Below are positions 1 through 13,150 of a stretch of 51,027 bases of DNA, piece by piece (the first letter of the stretch is position 1; the number at the start of each line of letters is the position of its first letter). This stretch comes from Nemertoderma westbladi. Taxonomy: Eukaryota; Animalia; Xenacoelomorpha. The DNA lies in contig JAUCBJ010002382.1 of NCBI GenBank assembly GCA_032718475.1, positions 1 to 51,027 of the forward strand, written 5' to 3'. Made by a program: the position numbers and the translations under genes. The notes under the pieces are model-generated. The model made no database searches, was not told where the DNA came from, and was given only the letters and a program-made list of their open reading frames with translations.

Positions 1-3000
1 TAGATTACCAGTAAAAAATCAGCAGCCCTACGCAGGTATAATGGTAGCGGCAGGATCTGATTATACAGCCTCCACAGCTCTAAGCTTCAACTTCCAGCAA
101 CCTCACTGCAAAAGATCGCCGTATGGTTGTACAGAAGACGCTCAAACACTAATTACAACTCGGAAAACGCCCGGGGCATTATAATCTACCTGAGTAGTTT
201 GCATCCAACGGAGAGCTTCTTGAGATGGTTTGTTTGTTGGCCTAACTGCGGCCTAAACGTTTGACACTGTGCAATCAGAGGCCATATATACTGTCAGCAT
301 TAGGCCTACCTGCTACCGTTCATACAAGGCAAAAACAGGCCCAACTAGTAGTATTGTTGCGTGTTCGCGGAGTCATTTAGGTCGCTGACATATTCTACAT
401 TCTACAAGAGGGGGCGGGACCTATTGGATTATTGATCAGTTCGCCTGGCCGTGTAGTCAGTGTGTTTATTGTTGAGTAAGTCTTGAGGGGCCTCATTACC
501 CCGCCTTTGGGCCAACTCAAGGGTTGACGTAATGGACTTTCAAAGGTTTTATCAGGAAACAGTGCCGGTATGCTTGGTTTTATCTCAAGCGGGCAGGTGC
601 GTATACAGATAGCGCCCGCACTGCCTTGCATAAATTAGATTTGAGCGGTCAATAAAGTAACATTATGTTACTATGTCGGCAGCTTGGTGGTGCTAAAAGC
701 AAATACGTACTATTAATAGAAACTATCGTTTTTCAATGGAGCTACTTGAAACAACTTATTTCATTAATTTGAATGCAATACCATTGTGTTACATTACGCC
801 GGATGGGTATCAACCCCATTAACCATTATTAACTTTAATTTATTTTTAACAATTATGTATCTAGATCTAGGGACCAGACATATCCATTGATAAGACTGTT
901 CATCCATTAGAGTCAAGTGGTCTCGGTCTGGCTGGATGTCCATTTACATTTCTAATAAAATCACCTACTAAGGTGAGGCGACCCTAATATAAACAACTAG
1001 AAATAAATATTGGTTTAAATAATATCCTTCTCTCTCAAATGTAATTTTAACAATAAATAATTAAACGAACTACAATTACAATTAATCTCGTTTGACTGAT
1101 TGAAGTAGAATACTATCTATACCAGAGGTTATTATAATTCAACGGCTGTATCCTGTATGCAATAGTTTTTTAAATTATTTATTTCCCGATACTACTCTCC
1201 TGGAGTGGGATTAATTTACCATACTGACTGGTTCCGAGTTCAGTTGTACGGGTCGGAAATGTACCGGTTGAAATTATCCAATTTCGGATATTTATTATCC
1301 TGGAAGTTGACCGCAAAACCTAAACGAATCCTTTATTTAGTTTGTTTATAAAATACATTTAATTTAACTTAAAACATTAAAGGAAATGAGCAGGTTACAG
1401 TGGCGGTGTTTTCTAACCAAAGCAATAAACGGGACATTGTTTAATATGCGACCAAATAGTGCTGTAGATCACTGATCCACTTCGCCAATGTGCGCCACAA
1501 TCTGCCATTAATATATATACCTTAATGAGTGGAGAATGGTTGACATCAACTTATTTTTGAGATGTTGCAGTTAACGAGCCGCAATAAATTCCAAAGGCTT
1601 CAGTGATGTATAAAAAACCGCGATTGAAATGTAAATTAATTCAGTTTTCAAGACAAAATCGAAGCGAAAGAAACCAACAATTATTTCGGAAATATTTTAC
1701 TAATCGTACTTCAACGGTGAACTCTTACGGATTCAATTTAAATTTAGTTGGTGGAGCCAAGTCCAACTTACTGATCCGGGTCACGTGAGCAACTAAACCA
1801 ACTCAATGTGTGCACGTGACCCTTTACTCACTGTTATAGTATAGAAGCACACGGCGGTGTTATTATTACAGTAACGATATATAAAATGTATCCGAGGCAA
1901 TTATTCGTATTGGTAAGATTGTGTCTGCCGGTGTACTGGTGGGATTATAAGTCGCGCTCGTGTGTGCGAGCTGAAAGCGGCTCAGGTTGCGTTGGCTCGT
2001 AACTAATTCAAGTGGGAATTAATTATCATCATCACTATTGACCGCCCTTTACCTAAGTTAATGAAAATTTCAAAAAAATGAATAATTCAGTGGAATGAAT
2101 TTGCCAGATGCCACGCCTTCTCACGTTATTCATTGAGGTAGGATGATCACTTGAGCACGGAGAGTGAATGTTGCGTGTAGCTAAGGTATCAAAGGAGTAG
2201 GTTAGATCGAGGTCAATTCTAAACGAATTGTCAACAATATTAAAGGTTCAATACTGGTAGCATAAATTGTAGCCAAGATTCAAGGCTTATGAGACCTTCA
2301 CAAAGCGAGTCTTAATATGGGTTGTGGGCGGGCGGGCGGGGGGTGCATTATTATGGGGGATAAATAGTGACCCTAAATTTTTGATTCAAACATTTTAGAT
2401 ACATAGTTTCGTTTAGTTTTATCATATACTGTAACATTTAACTTTTAATAGATTTTATTCGAAAATGGAAATATGTCTAGCACGTTTTATGATTACATTT
2501 CTCGACTCCATTAAAATCCTCAATAACGCTTGGATTTTAAAATTCCTCGCATTGTAATCGAATCAATTATTAGATTATAGTCTGGAATAAATAAATTATT
2601 AAAATATTTGTAAAAAAAAATATTTTTAAAAAGGTAACAAACGTGCTTTATACATTCCGCCGACACGTTTGATTGTGTTTTATAATCCATTAATTTTTAG
2701 TAGAAATTCAAAGCGAATTCATAATAGTTTAATCTCATATATTTTGGATAGTATATCCTATGTATGTTTGCACTGTTGTGTAGCTTGTAGGCCTAGCTAG
2801 CCGGTAGATATGCAACGCAATTAGGCCTACTGCGGTTACTCTGCTAGAATTCAGTCGTGACTGGCATTTTAATCAAGTGGGGAGATTAATTTAACTCCCG
2901 ACCCATTTAGTAAAGCATTGATCTGAATGTATAGAACGGGGAGGAGTTTAGAGCAATTTAATTTAATCCTTTTTAATGCAGACTGTAATGAGAGTAAATG

Positions 3001-3265
3001 TATTCTAATATTGTCGTATTTATAACGCTTGAACAATGATTGCTTTAATGTTTCTTTCTATGTATGTCATACAACTCCGGTTGTGACGTCATTGCGTATT
3101 ATTATCGTTTCTTTAGTGGTATTTTGACATAGCCCTACAAATTACGGTAGTGTTTTTACTTTTTTTTGCTTTTAATATATATTTAAGATTTTATTATTGC
3201 TTTTATTTATTATTGATTTTATTACTGTCTTATATTTGTTGCTCTCTTATTTTTACAATCTATTG

Positions 3266-3455
3266 GTTGTAGGTTCGATCCCTGCCAGGGTCCACTCAGC
3301 CTTTCATCCACTGGGGACGATAAAATGAGAACCAGTTGAATCACTGGAAGCTAAAACAAGGGATACGTGTAACGCCAATCTCTATCGGGTAGCAGCTATC
3401 GAAAGAGGAGCCTTCGGGTCGCCTCCGGCCTCGGCCGACTGTTTGCTTGCTTCAA
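3266..3455 (+). mobile_element. tRNA-derived SINE, 5' truncated
   Basis: B-box-like GGTTCGATCCC, then ACTCAGCCTTTCATCC...GATAAAATGAGAACCAG (resembles a central block shared by many metazoan SINEs), then a 3' segment GCTATCGAAAGAGGAGCCTTCGGGTCGCC ending in (TTGC)n. Confidence 0.6.
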
Positions 3456-4129
3456 TTTTGCTTTGCTTTTCCATTTTTTTTTTGCCAATAATCAATATAT
3501 ATATATATTAAAGTGATCTAACAAGGTGAGGTTTACACTATCAATGAAACTATAGAGATGATTTATTAGCTGCGATGTCCTTCACGCCAAATGATATGAA
3601 ACAATATATCTTACACACCCTCGCGCCCCTCTGCCAATCACACAATATACAATGAATACGGACGCGTAACCTTAACGAGAATATATTGTAATATATATTT
3701 AATGCTGACAGAAATAAATAAATTCATTTCAGTTCAACTAATTCATTCGTTTGAATATAAATATAAATATTTTAAATTAAATATTAAAATAGTATTTGTC
3801 CATTTCGCATCGTACGAATTAATGTATTATTTATTATGTCTCTATTGTGATGTTGTAGTGCTCAGCGACTCACTCAGCGAGTTACTCAGCTGCATTCATC
3901 AATCGTTTCAATGCCCCCCCCCCCCCTTACCTATGTATATCTTAAAGAATATTCGTAAACTTCTATCTTTATCATCAATCAATTATATTAATATTGGATT
4001 GGAACCTTCAAATGAGTTCAGTAATAATGGTTTTGTACGAACAAACGTATTAAAATAGTGAGTCATCATAGAATATAATAAATACGAGTTTATATGAATA
4101 GGTAAATAACACATTGCTAAAAGTTTACG

Positions 4130-7122
4130 TGGCTCATAGTTTACCTGACTTACATAGCTTATAGTTTACCTGTCTTACATGACTTATAGTTTACCTGTGT
4201 TACAAGGCTTATAGTTTACCTGTGTTACATGGCTTATAGTTTACCTGACTTCCAAGGCTTATAGTTTACCTGTCTTACATGGCTTATAGTTTACCTGTCT
4301 TACATGGCTTATAGTTTACCTGTCTTACATGGCTTATAGTTTACCTGACTTACAAGGCTTATAGTTTACCTTTCTTACATGGCTTATAGTTTACCTCTCT
4401 TACATGGCTTATAGTTTACCTCTCTTACATGGCTTATAGTTTACCTGTCTTACATGGCTTATAGTTTACATGTCTTACATGGCTTATAGTTTACCTGTCT
4501 TACATGGCTTATAGTTTACCTGTCTTCATGGCTTATAGTTTACCTCTCTTACATGGCTTATAGTTTACCTGTCTTACATGGCTTATAGTTTACCTCTCTT
4601 ACATGGCTTATAGTTTACCTGTCTTACATGGCTTATAGTTTACCTGTCTTACATGGCTTATAGTTTACCTGTCATACATGGCTTATAGTTTACCTGTCTT
4701 ACATGGCTTATAGTTTACCTGTGTTACAAGGCTTATAGTTTACCTGTCTTACTTGGCTTATAGTTTACCTGTCTTACATGGCTTATAGTTTACCTGTCTT
4801 ACATGGCTTATAGTTTACCTGTCTTACATGGCTTATAGTTTACCTGTGTTACAAGGCTTATAGTTTACCTGTCTTACATGGCTTATAGTTTACCTGTCTT
4901 ACAAGGCTTATAGTTTACCTGTCTTACATGGCTTATAGTTTACCTGTCTTACAAGGCTTATAGTTTACCTGTCTTACAAGGCTTATAGTTTACCTGTCTT
5001 ACATGGCTTATAGTTTACCTGTGTTACAATGCTTATAGTTTACCTGTCTTACATGGCTTATAGTTTACCTGTGTTACAAGGCTTATAGTTTACCTGTCTT
5101 ACATGGCTTATAGTTTACCTGTCTTACATGGCTTATAGTTTACCTGTGTTACTAGGCTTATAGTTTACCTGTCTTACATGGCTTATAGTTTACCTGTCTT
5201 ACATGGCTTATAGTTTACCTGTATACATGGCTTATAGTTTACCTGTCTTACATGGCTTATATGTTACCTGTGTTACAAGGCTTATAGTTTACCTGTCTTA
5301 CATGGCTTATAGTTTACCTGTCTTACAAGGCTTATAGTTTACCTGTCTTACAAGGCTTATAGTTTACCTGTCTTACATGGCTTATAGTTTACCTGTCTTA
5401 CAAGGCTTATAGTTTACCTGTCTTAATGGCTTATAGTTTACCTGTCTTACATGGCTTATAGTTTACCTGTCTTACATGGCTTATAGTTTACCTGTCTTAC
5501 AAGGCTTATAGTTTAGCTGTCATACAAGGCTTATAGTTTACCTGTCTTACATGGCTTATAGTTTACCTGTGTTACAAGGCTTATAGTTTACCTGTCTCAC
5601 ATGGCTTATAGTTTACCTGTCTTACATGGCTTATAGTTTACCTGTCTTACATGGCGTATAGTTTACCTGTATACATGGCTTATAGTTTACCTGTCTTACA
5701 TGGCTTATATTTTACCTGTGTTACTAGGCTTATAGTTTACCTGTCTTACATGGCTTATAGTTTACCTGTCTTACAAGGCTTATAGTTTACCTATCTTACA
5801 AGGCTTATAGTTTACCTGTCTTACATGGCTTATAGTTTACCTGTATTATATGGCTTATAGTTTACCTGACTTACAAGGCTTATAGTTTACCTGTCTTACA
5901 TGGCTTATAGTTTACCTGTCTTACATGGCTTATAGTCTAACTGTCTTACATGGCTTATAGTTTACCTGTCTTACATGGCTTATAGTTTACCTGTCTTACA
6001 TGGCTTATAGTTTACCTGACTTCCATGGCGTATAGTACCAAGTCCTTGATAGTACCTGTCTTACATGGCTTATAGTTTACCTGTCTTACATGGCTTATAG
6101 TTTACCTGTCTTACATGGCTTATAGTTTACCTGTCTTACATGGCTTATAGTTTACCTGTGTTACAAGGCTTATAGTTTACCTGTCTTACATGGCTTATAG
6201 TTTACCTGTCTTACATGGCTTATAGTTTACCTGTGTTACAAGGCTTGTAGTTTACCTGTCTTACATGGCTTATAGTTTACCTGTATACATGGCTTATAGT
6301 TTACCTGTCTTACATGGCTTATATTTTACCTGTGTTACAAGGCTTATAGTTTACATGTCTTACATGGCTTATAGTTTACCTGTCTTACAGGGCTTATAGT
6401 TTACCTGTCTTTCAAGGCTTATAGTTTACCTGTCTTACATGGCTTATAGTTTACCTGTGTTACATGGCTTATAGTTTACCTGTCTTACATGGCTTATATT
6501 TTACCTGTGTTACAAGGCTTATAGTTTACCTGTCTTACATGGCTTATAGTTTACCTGTCTTACAAGGCTTATAGTTTACCTATCTTACAAGGCTTATAGT
6601 TTACCTGTCTTACATGGCTTATAGTTTACCTGTATTATATGGCTTATAGTTTACCTGACTTACAAGGCTTATAGTTTACCTGTCTTACATGGCTTATAGT
6701 TTACCTGTCTTACATGGCTTATAGTTTATCTGTTTTACATGGCTTATAGTTTACCTGTCTTACATGGCTTATAGTTTACCTGTGTTACTAGGCTTATAGT
6801 TTACCTGTCTTACATGGCTTATAGTTTACCTGTCTTACATGGCTTATAGTTTACCTGTATACATGGCTTATAGTTTACCTGTCTTACATGGCTTATAGTT
6901 TACCTGTCTTACATGGCTTATAGTTTACCTGTATTATATGGCTTATAGTTTACCTGACTTACAAGGCTTATAGTTTACCTGTCTTACATGGCCTATAGTT
7001 TACCTGTCTTACATGGCTTATAGTTTACCTGACTTACAAGGCTTATAGTTTACCTGTCTTACATGGCTTATAGTTTACCTCTCTTACATGGCTTATAGTT
7101 TACCTGTCTTACATGGCTTATA
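4130..7122. repeat. 25-bp tandem satellite (GGCTTATAGTTTACCTGTCTTACAT), ~120 copies, intronic
   Basis: Directly visible 25-nt period over ~3 kb, with recurring variants and one interruption near 6030-6052. Confidence 0.98.
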
Positions 7123-7191
7123 CTCATGGCCTATACCAATCTTAAATGGCTCATTCTTTACTATCTTACATGACAATGAATTATTATTTAC

Positions 7192-7423
7192 CTGTGTATG
7201 GCTTTTGTCCGTATGGTAGAGTTTTTATCGTAACCAACAATGCGTAACTTTTCGGCCAAGCGAAGCTGAACTGCAGACTGACCAGCTCAGCTACACCATC
7301 CAGAAGGTTGTCAGTCTCTTCCGTAAGGTCCAACTCACTCGTATAGTTGTCACCACCTAGTAACTTGGTTACCCCGTAACCCAACAGACATTGCCCATCC
7401 GGGAGGTTTTGAATGTTGTGGTA
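7192..7423 (-). CDS. Ser/jag: Notch ligand (Serrate/Jagged-like) coding exon 2, MNNL/C2 domain
   Basis: Acceptor ATTTCAG|TAC at 7423; translation YHNIQNLPDGQCLLGYGVTKLLGGDNY...FSFAWPKSYALLV (compare Jagged FAWPRSYTLLV); donor ACAG|GTAAAT at 7192/7191 (phase 1). Joins exon 1 in phase 0. Confidence 0.88.
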
Positions 7424-8286
7424 CTGAAATCAAAAAATGCAAAAGCGAAGGTAAACGGGGATTAACGGGGAAATTGGGATTAAAATTTTACGGACGCATT
7501 TAAGGGGGGGGGGGGGGGGGGGGGTAGCGCTTTTTATGACCAAAACGTCGAATTTTTGAAACAAATCCTATCTGGTGCAGAATTTCATGCTGATTTCATG
7601 CGTTTTCCCATATCATAGCAGTAGAATGTAGAATTAAATTTGTCTGTAATTTATAAGTCAAATTCCACTTAATTGCAGATTCGGAACCGTAACTTTCGTC
7701 AGCGAGTCCCCAATGGGGACCATAATTATACCGGAAAACTATAATGGCGCGACTAACAAACAATAATAATAGATCTGTTTGAAAAAAATATGATGACAGG
7801 AAAAGGCCAATTTATTTGTGGCGCATAAGGTGATGATGATACGGGAATTCCAACCACGAATGGAATAATTATTCGTCTTTTATTTTTTGATTTTTTTTAT
7901 CTTCTCAGTTTCTCCAACCTGCTATTGTCCTTCAATTGGTAATTATATCGCTTATTGTTTTGGTTAGAAATGCCAGTCTCTCTATAACATTATAATATAC
8001 ACGCTACTTAGTTATTTTTTTGTTTAATAGAAAAACGTGCCGCCACGATAATAAAAACTTTGCCAGCAACAATAATAAATGTGTCAATCAAAAAATGTCT
8101 CAGTTTGATGAAATAATGTGCCAATAAAATACGAAGTACGAAATTTTAAAACGTTGTGCCAATTTCCTTTAAAATTTGGCCACGTTCTTTAAAAAATGCT
8201 ACTATTTAATAAAATTGTCACATTAAAAATGTGACAAGTTTATTGCGCGAACATGGATAAATTGAAATAATTTTAAATTCGCTTAC

Positions 8287-8514
8287 ATTTTCCAAACAAA
8301 CGGAAGCGAATATTTGGCACTGGTGTTGGCACGTGCCATCGGGCAGTCTGGGCAGCTCATCGCAACACGAGCCATCGACAGTGTCTCCGTTGACGTTGGT
8401 TACCCGAGAAACAATTAACTGAAACTTTCCAGACGTGTCAACGAATTGAAGGGCGGATAATAATACAACCACTGCCACCAACATCAACCGTAACAACGAA
8501 ATTAATCCCATCAT
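8287..8514 (-). CDS. Ser/jag: Notch ligand (Serrate/Jagged-like) coding exon 1: signal peptide and start of MNNL domain
   Basis: Hydrophobic N-terminus, then SGKFQLIVSRVTNVNGDTVDGSCC...C...C..FASVCL (compare Jagged [24 protein letters not shown]); 76 codons ending at donor AAT|GTAAGC. DSL/EGF exons were not found and probably lie beyond the window start. Confidence 0.9.
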
Positions 8515-10020
8515 AAAAACATCGAACTATAATCCATAATTAAATTTATTAACAGAATGTATCTCTCAGTTAAAAAAAAAATACTCTAAATATTTTCTAA
8601 TATTATAAATATAAAATATTTATTTTTTACTTATTCAAAACTAAACTATAATGATTACGTAAGAAAAATGTAGCCAAGTTTTACTGGTTGCGAATGTCGA
8701 AATACTAGCCGTTCAACCTTGGATAAAATTGGCCAATCACAGTTGATCATATGATTTGCCCCACCAGTGTGTTTATCACAGCCCTTACGAACTCCAGAGA
8801 AGCTTTATAGCCAGCCAGTCGAGAAAATTCAATTACCTTGCAAGGAAATTCTATTACCTACCGCAAACTGGCGAATCGAATAGCCAAGCAGTAAACCTGC
8901 AATTAGTCAGGCAGGTGGAAACAAAGGATTCCAGCTTGCCGCTCTCCAATCATATCATAGAGCGTCCAGCTGCTGGCCGAAGGGAATAGGTAGGCCTCGA
9001 AAACTAAGTTATAAGATAGCCTGGAGACTACAGAAGCAAGGGAGAGTTCATTAAAACGGGTTGCAAAGTAACTTGGTATCTGGAAGCTATACGAACGGGC
9101 CAAAGATAATTTTCTTGAAGGTTATATGAAAAAAATATAATCAATTGAAACTTTGTCATGACAGGTAGGAACGATTCTTTTTATATATCGATTATCTACG
9201 GGGATTGCATTTACCTCGCTTGCTGTAAGTCTCTCTGCGTTTAATCCATAATTTATTTTTTGACTTCCGTTAATCGATCTGGCTAGATTTAAGTGGCTGT
9301 AGTTAACCCGGGTTGCGTTCTATTTAATCACTTTAGGTTTATACATAAATTATGAGAAATCTCCGTAAAAATAAATTATATCCGTACCGACAACCAATAG
9401 TTTTGCCTATTTGTTTCTATCTGTCGCATTGTATTGTTTTCCCACCAGTCAGTACCACTCGATGCTAATGTTTGTTGCACTGGTTTTTGATGACGATAAA
9501 TAAAATTTTAATAATTTATTTAATTTTTTTTCAAATTAATTGGAAACTCTAATCCTTTCTATCTTTAGGGAGTGTTTCATACTTTATTCTGGTCGTAATG
9601 TTTTTTTTAGAGACGAGGGGACGGGGGGGGGACTCATCTGGACTTACCTGTGCGCGAAAGCCCCACGAACGAGTTCCTCTCATTGGTACTTTATGATACA
9701 CACACAGCTGATCGTGTCAATGGTTTCATTAATCTATCATTGATAGGGTTAGAGGAGGTTTCAGAGGATGAAGATGGTTTAAATCTGAGGTCATTAATGT
9801 ACCGAAGGATTGGAACTCATTCATCCTAAAAGACTAAGGTGTTACCAGTTCCCAAGACGAGAAACCTAACAAATTTTTTCATGACATCGCGTTGATCTCG
9901 AATGCTGTATAGCGATGCAATATAATTATGTGAAATCGCAATGGGATCCCGCATATATGTTTATATATATGTTTATTTACGTATTTTTCCACGAAATTAT
10001 TATACGGCACAGAATAACTA

Positions 10021-11570
10021 ATTCAAATTGAAATTATACAGACCAAAACAACCATTTACAAATAAACAATTACGGCAATAAAAAATATCGTCCAATTATT
10101 ATGACTTCAAATACAAACAATTTAATCCTAATTAATATAATCTAAACTAATATAATCTTACCTAATTTAATTAATCTATACTATCTAAAACACGCTCTAT
10201 ATACTTACACATTACATACAATTCCTTGCTCTGAAAAAATTCCGGTAATGATGAAAAAATAAAATTGGTGTGAAAATAGAGGGTAACACGAAACTGTTTG
10301 GAAATGGGACAATGAAGAAGAACTTGTGCCTCTGTCTGCACCGATTGTTTGTCAAAGCGGCACACACGGTTCTCTCTCGTCAGCCTTGACCACCTTCCAG
10401 TCTCAATTTTCAAATTATGGGACTCTCAATCGAGTAAAATTAATACGCAAGTAATCTGGCACAAAAGGTATCAGACATGAATATATTGGATGCGGAACCA
10501 AGGCAATGTTAAACTGACTACGGTAGGTTACAAACTTTGTAGCTGACAAAGGTTTAGACATAATTATACTTAGTATCTCATCCAGTGGATTGATGTTATC
10601 TGCAAAATGTTGTGTCTCAGTTAGCATTCGGAAACCTGGTGTATTCGCGCTTCGGCATAGATTAAACACTTTGTGAAAAGGTAACTCTTTATCTACTACT
10701 TTAAACATTCTACTCATAAAACTTTCCTCGCTCGCATAATTAAATACTTCAATGTGGGAGTACCAATTTCTATTAAGCAAACATCTGTAGGTGTCTGGGA
10801 CCTAACACCAAGTAAACTTTTTACCATTCTGTAATAGTATTTCTCTATTTGTACAGTATTTTTTGATAACCAAGCTTCACATCCGTAAATCAGGCCGGAC
10901 AGTACAGCAGCGTCAAATACACGTTTCTTAATAACAAACGGCAAACTGATATTTGCACTCACAAAAATACTAAATTTATTTACCGTTGCCTCGCACTTTA
11001 ATTGATGCAAATTAATTGTACTACGCAAACTACCATCTGAACAGAAAGGTACACCCAGAACCAGATATATATGACTATTACAACAGTTAACAACAAGGTT
11101 ATTAATAACAAAGGACATTTTATCACTAGCCTTGGCATTGATGACGAAGAACTTAGTTTTTTTCATTAATTTCCATACCTGACTCCTTGCAGTTGTCAAG
11201 TAAAGCATTTAATTTCAACAATGCACAATGTCGGGTAGTAGATAAAATTACCGTGTCATCTATTAGCAGTAATATTTGGACTACACCTAAAAACCCAGCA
11301 CTGCTTGTGGCAAAGCGAATCATATGCACCACTTTATCTATATATATACAGAACAGTACAACGCTAGATGGCGTACCTTGACGGACACCAATAACAGTAA
11401 TCAAAACAGCCGATTTTAATGCATGCTTAGTACACTTATATATTGCTTGTATGGCTAATAACATAACCCTCCCGCAACCTAGTGATCTTAAACAATTTAA
11501 TAAACCATGCCGCGGAACCCGGTCGTAAGCCTTTTTACAATCAACAAATACTACAAACAATAATTGTTGT
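10021..11570 (-). mobile_element. Degenerate non-LTR retrotransposon (CR1/L2-group or RTE-X-like), 5' truncated RT and C-terminus
   Basis: Four frameshifted ORFs: FVDCKKAYDRV, GVRQG, LLIDDTV, LIYGCEAW, and C-terminal LKIETGRW...VC...LLHCP. Boundaries approximate. Confidence 0.85.
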
Positions 11571-12012
11571 TTATTATATGTTTATATGTTGTTGTTTGTT
11601 TATTATACAAAGTTGATGACTATCTGAAATCAGTCGAAAAACAACCCAACTTTACTCTGGGATTTAGGTCTAATACTCTGTAAAACAATAATATTGTAAC
11701 GTGCCAAGATTTTAATCCGTTTAGACGTCGCAAACAAACTCAATACAAATCCAATACAAATTGAGAGATAAAGTCCCTTATTATAGGGCCAACGGAAATT
11801 CCCTTTCCTCCAAATATGAAGAAATCAGGCAAAAATTTTCGAAATGTACTATATTAACCGCTTGTTGCTAAGAAATAACAAATGTTTGCGGTTTTTAACA
11901 ATCTTTCTAAATAATAATTGCATATGAATTATTGCAGTATTATAATCTACTTTACACTAAATTTACTTCATAGCCGTAACTAATACTTTCAATAAAGAAC
12001 AGACACCCTCAA

Positions 12013-12768
12013 ATGGAGAAAAAAAATAAGCGTGCAGCACAGGTCAATCTGGCAACAGGACAGCCGGTAATGGTTCCGGAGCAAGACCCTATTGATCCAG
12101 GACAGGCCACAATCTCTCCATGCCATCATGTCCCGACTCCAGATGATTCGGTATCGCAGGAACAGACCCAAATAAACCACCCAGACAGAGCAGTGTGCCG
12201 CACACGCCCACAAGCTGCAGGCTCATATATCACCAGAGATTCTATAACTTCCGCGGATTCTTTCATCTCCGAAAGCAACCCACGCGACTCGGTTATTTCA
12301 ACGACAACCTCGGGATTTGAAACGGGCGAAACCTGCGAGTCTGGCCCATCCAATTCGGAAGCCGAGACCGTAAAAAATGTTGGACCACATCGAATAGGAA
12401 AGTATATCAAGAAAGTTTTTAAGCGGCGAGGATCGAACAACGCAATACATCGAACGAAATCGTGTACGTCTGTTAACCAAGTGGCCGGCGGCATTCAGAG
12501 ATTTCATGTGGAGGAAAAGTACGATTCGTTGAAAATAAGAGGTAACAACTCCTCAAATATTACGTTTTCTTCAAACGCTAAAGTTCCATATCACATGGAT
12601 GGGCTGCAGCTACTGGAATCCATGTGGGAGGATTTCCAGCACAAAGTAAACAGGGCAGGGAGACGGCACTTGGAGGAGGTCGGCATACATGTTGTGATTA
12701 GATGCGTGGCACACCATCATCGTCCAATACAGGAAGAGGCTTGGGAGCACTCGGAGGCCAACAACTAA
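12013..12768 (+). CDS. Orphan single-exon ORF, 251 aa, Ser/Thr-rich, probably disordered N-terminal half
   Basis: ATG-to-TAA ORF of 756 nt that coincides with a GC-richer island between AT-rich flanks; no domain recognised. Confidence 0.45.
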   Translation: MEKKNKRAAQVNLATGQPVMVPEQDPIDPGQATISPCHHVPTPDDSVSQEQTQINHPDRAVCRTRPQAAGSYITRDSITSADSFISESNPRDSVISTTTSGFETGETCESGPSNSEAETVKNVGPHRIGKYIKKVFKRRGSNNAIHRTKSCTSVNQVAGGIQRFHVEEKYDSLKIRGNNSSNITFSSNAKVPYHMDGLQLLESMWEDFQHKVNRAGRRHLEEVGIHVVIRCVAHHHRPIQEEAWEHSEANN

Positions 12769-13150
12769 CACCTAGTCTAGTCACATAATACTTTGCGTGT
12801 ATAACACCTAGGGCTAGAAACGGCTTGAATTGATCAACTGAACTGAATTACCATAAAAATACTTCATTAATATATTTACAGTATGATATAATAGGTCTAT
12901 ATTGAGATTCATGTGGGTCTAGGTTTCTATAAGAGACATGGGGGGGAGGGGGGTACTTGACGCAAATGCTGTCTCGGCGAATTAATATGTCGCCTCAATG
13001 TTAAATTATCAAAATGGAAAGGAGCAGGTTAGAGTGGCACGTTATTCTAACCAAAATAATAAGCGAAAGTCAATAGAACAGATGTTATAGTTGTGTCGGT
13101 CTGTTTGTCGGCTAAGATTTCAAGGCTAATAACTCAGCCAATTTATTGAA

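Noticed and set aside
3702-4058. 118-aa ORF
   Set aside because: AT-rich low-complexity sequence with a poly-C run; no domain or coding-like composition.
1-4100. Further Notch-ligand exons (DSL/EGF)
   Set aside because: No convincing Cys-patterned open frame with splice sites was found by eye; small exons could have been missed.
4130-7122. CRISPR-like array
   Set aside because: Units are head-to-tail with no unique spacers, there are no cas genes and the context is eukaryotic.
7503-7524. Long poly-G/poly-C runs here and elsewhere as G-quadruplex signals
   Set aside because: They are scattered, often inside repeats, and homopolymer length is unreliable; no specific pattern supports a function.
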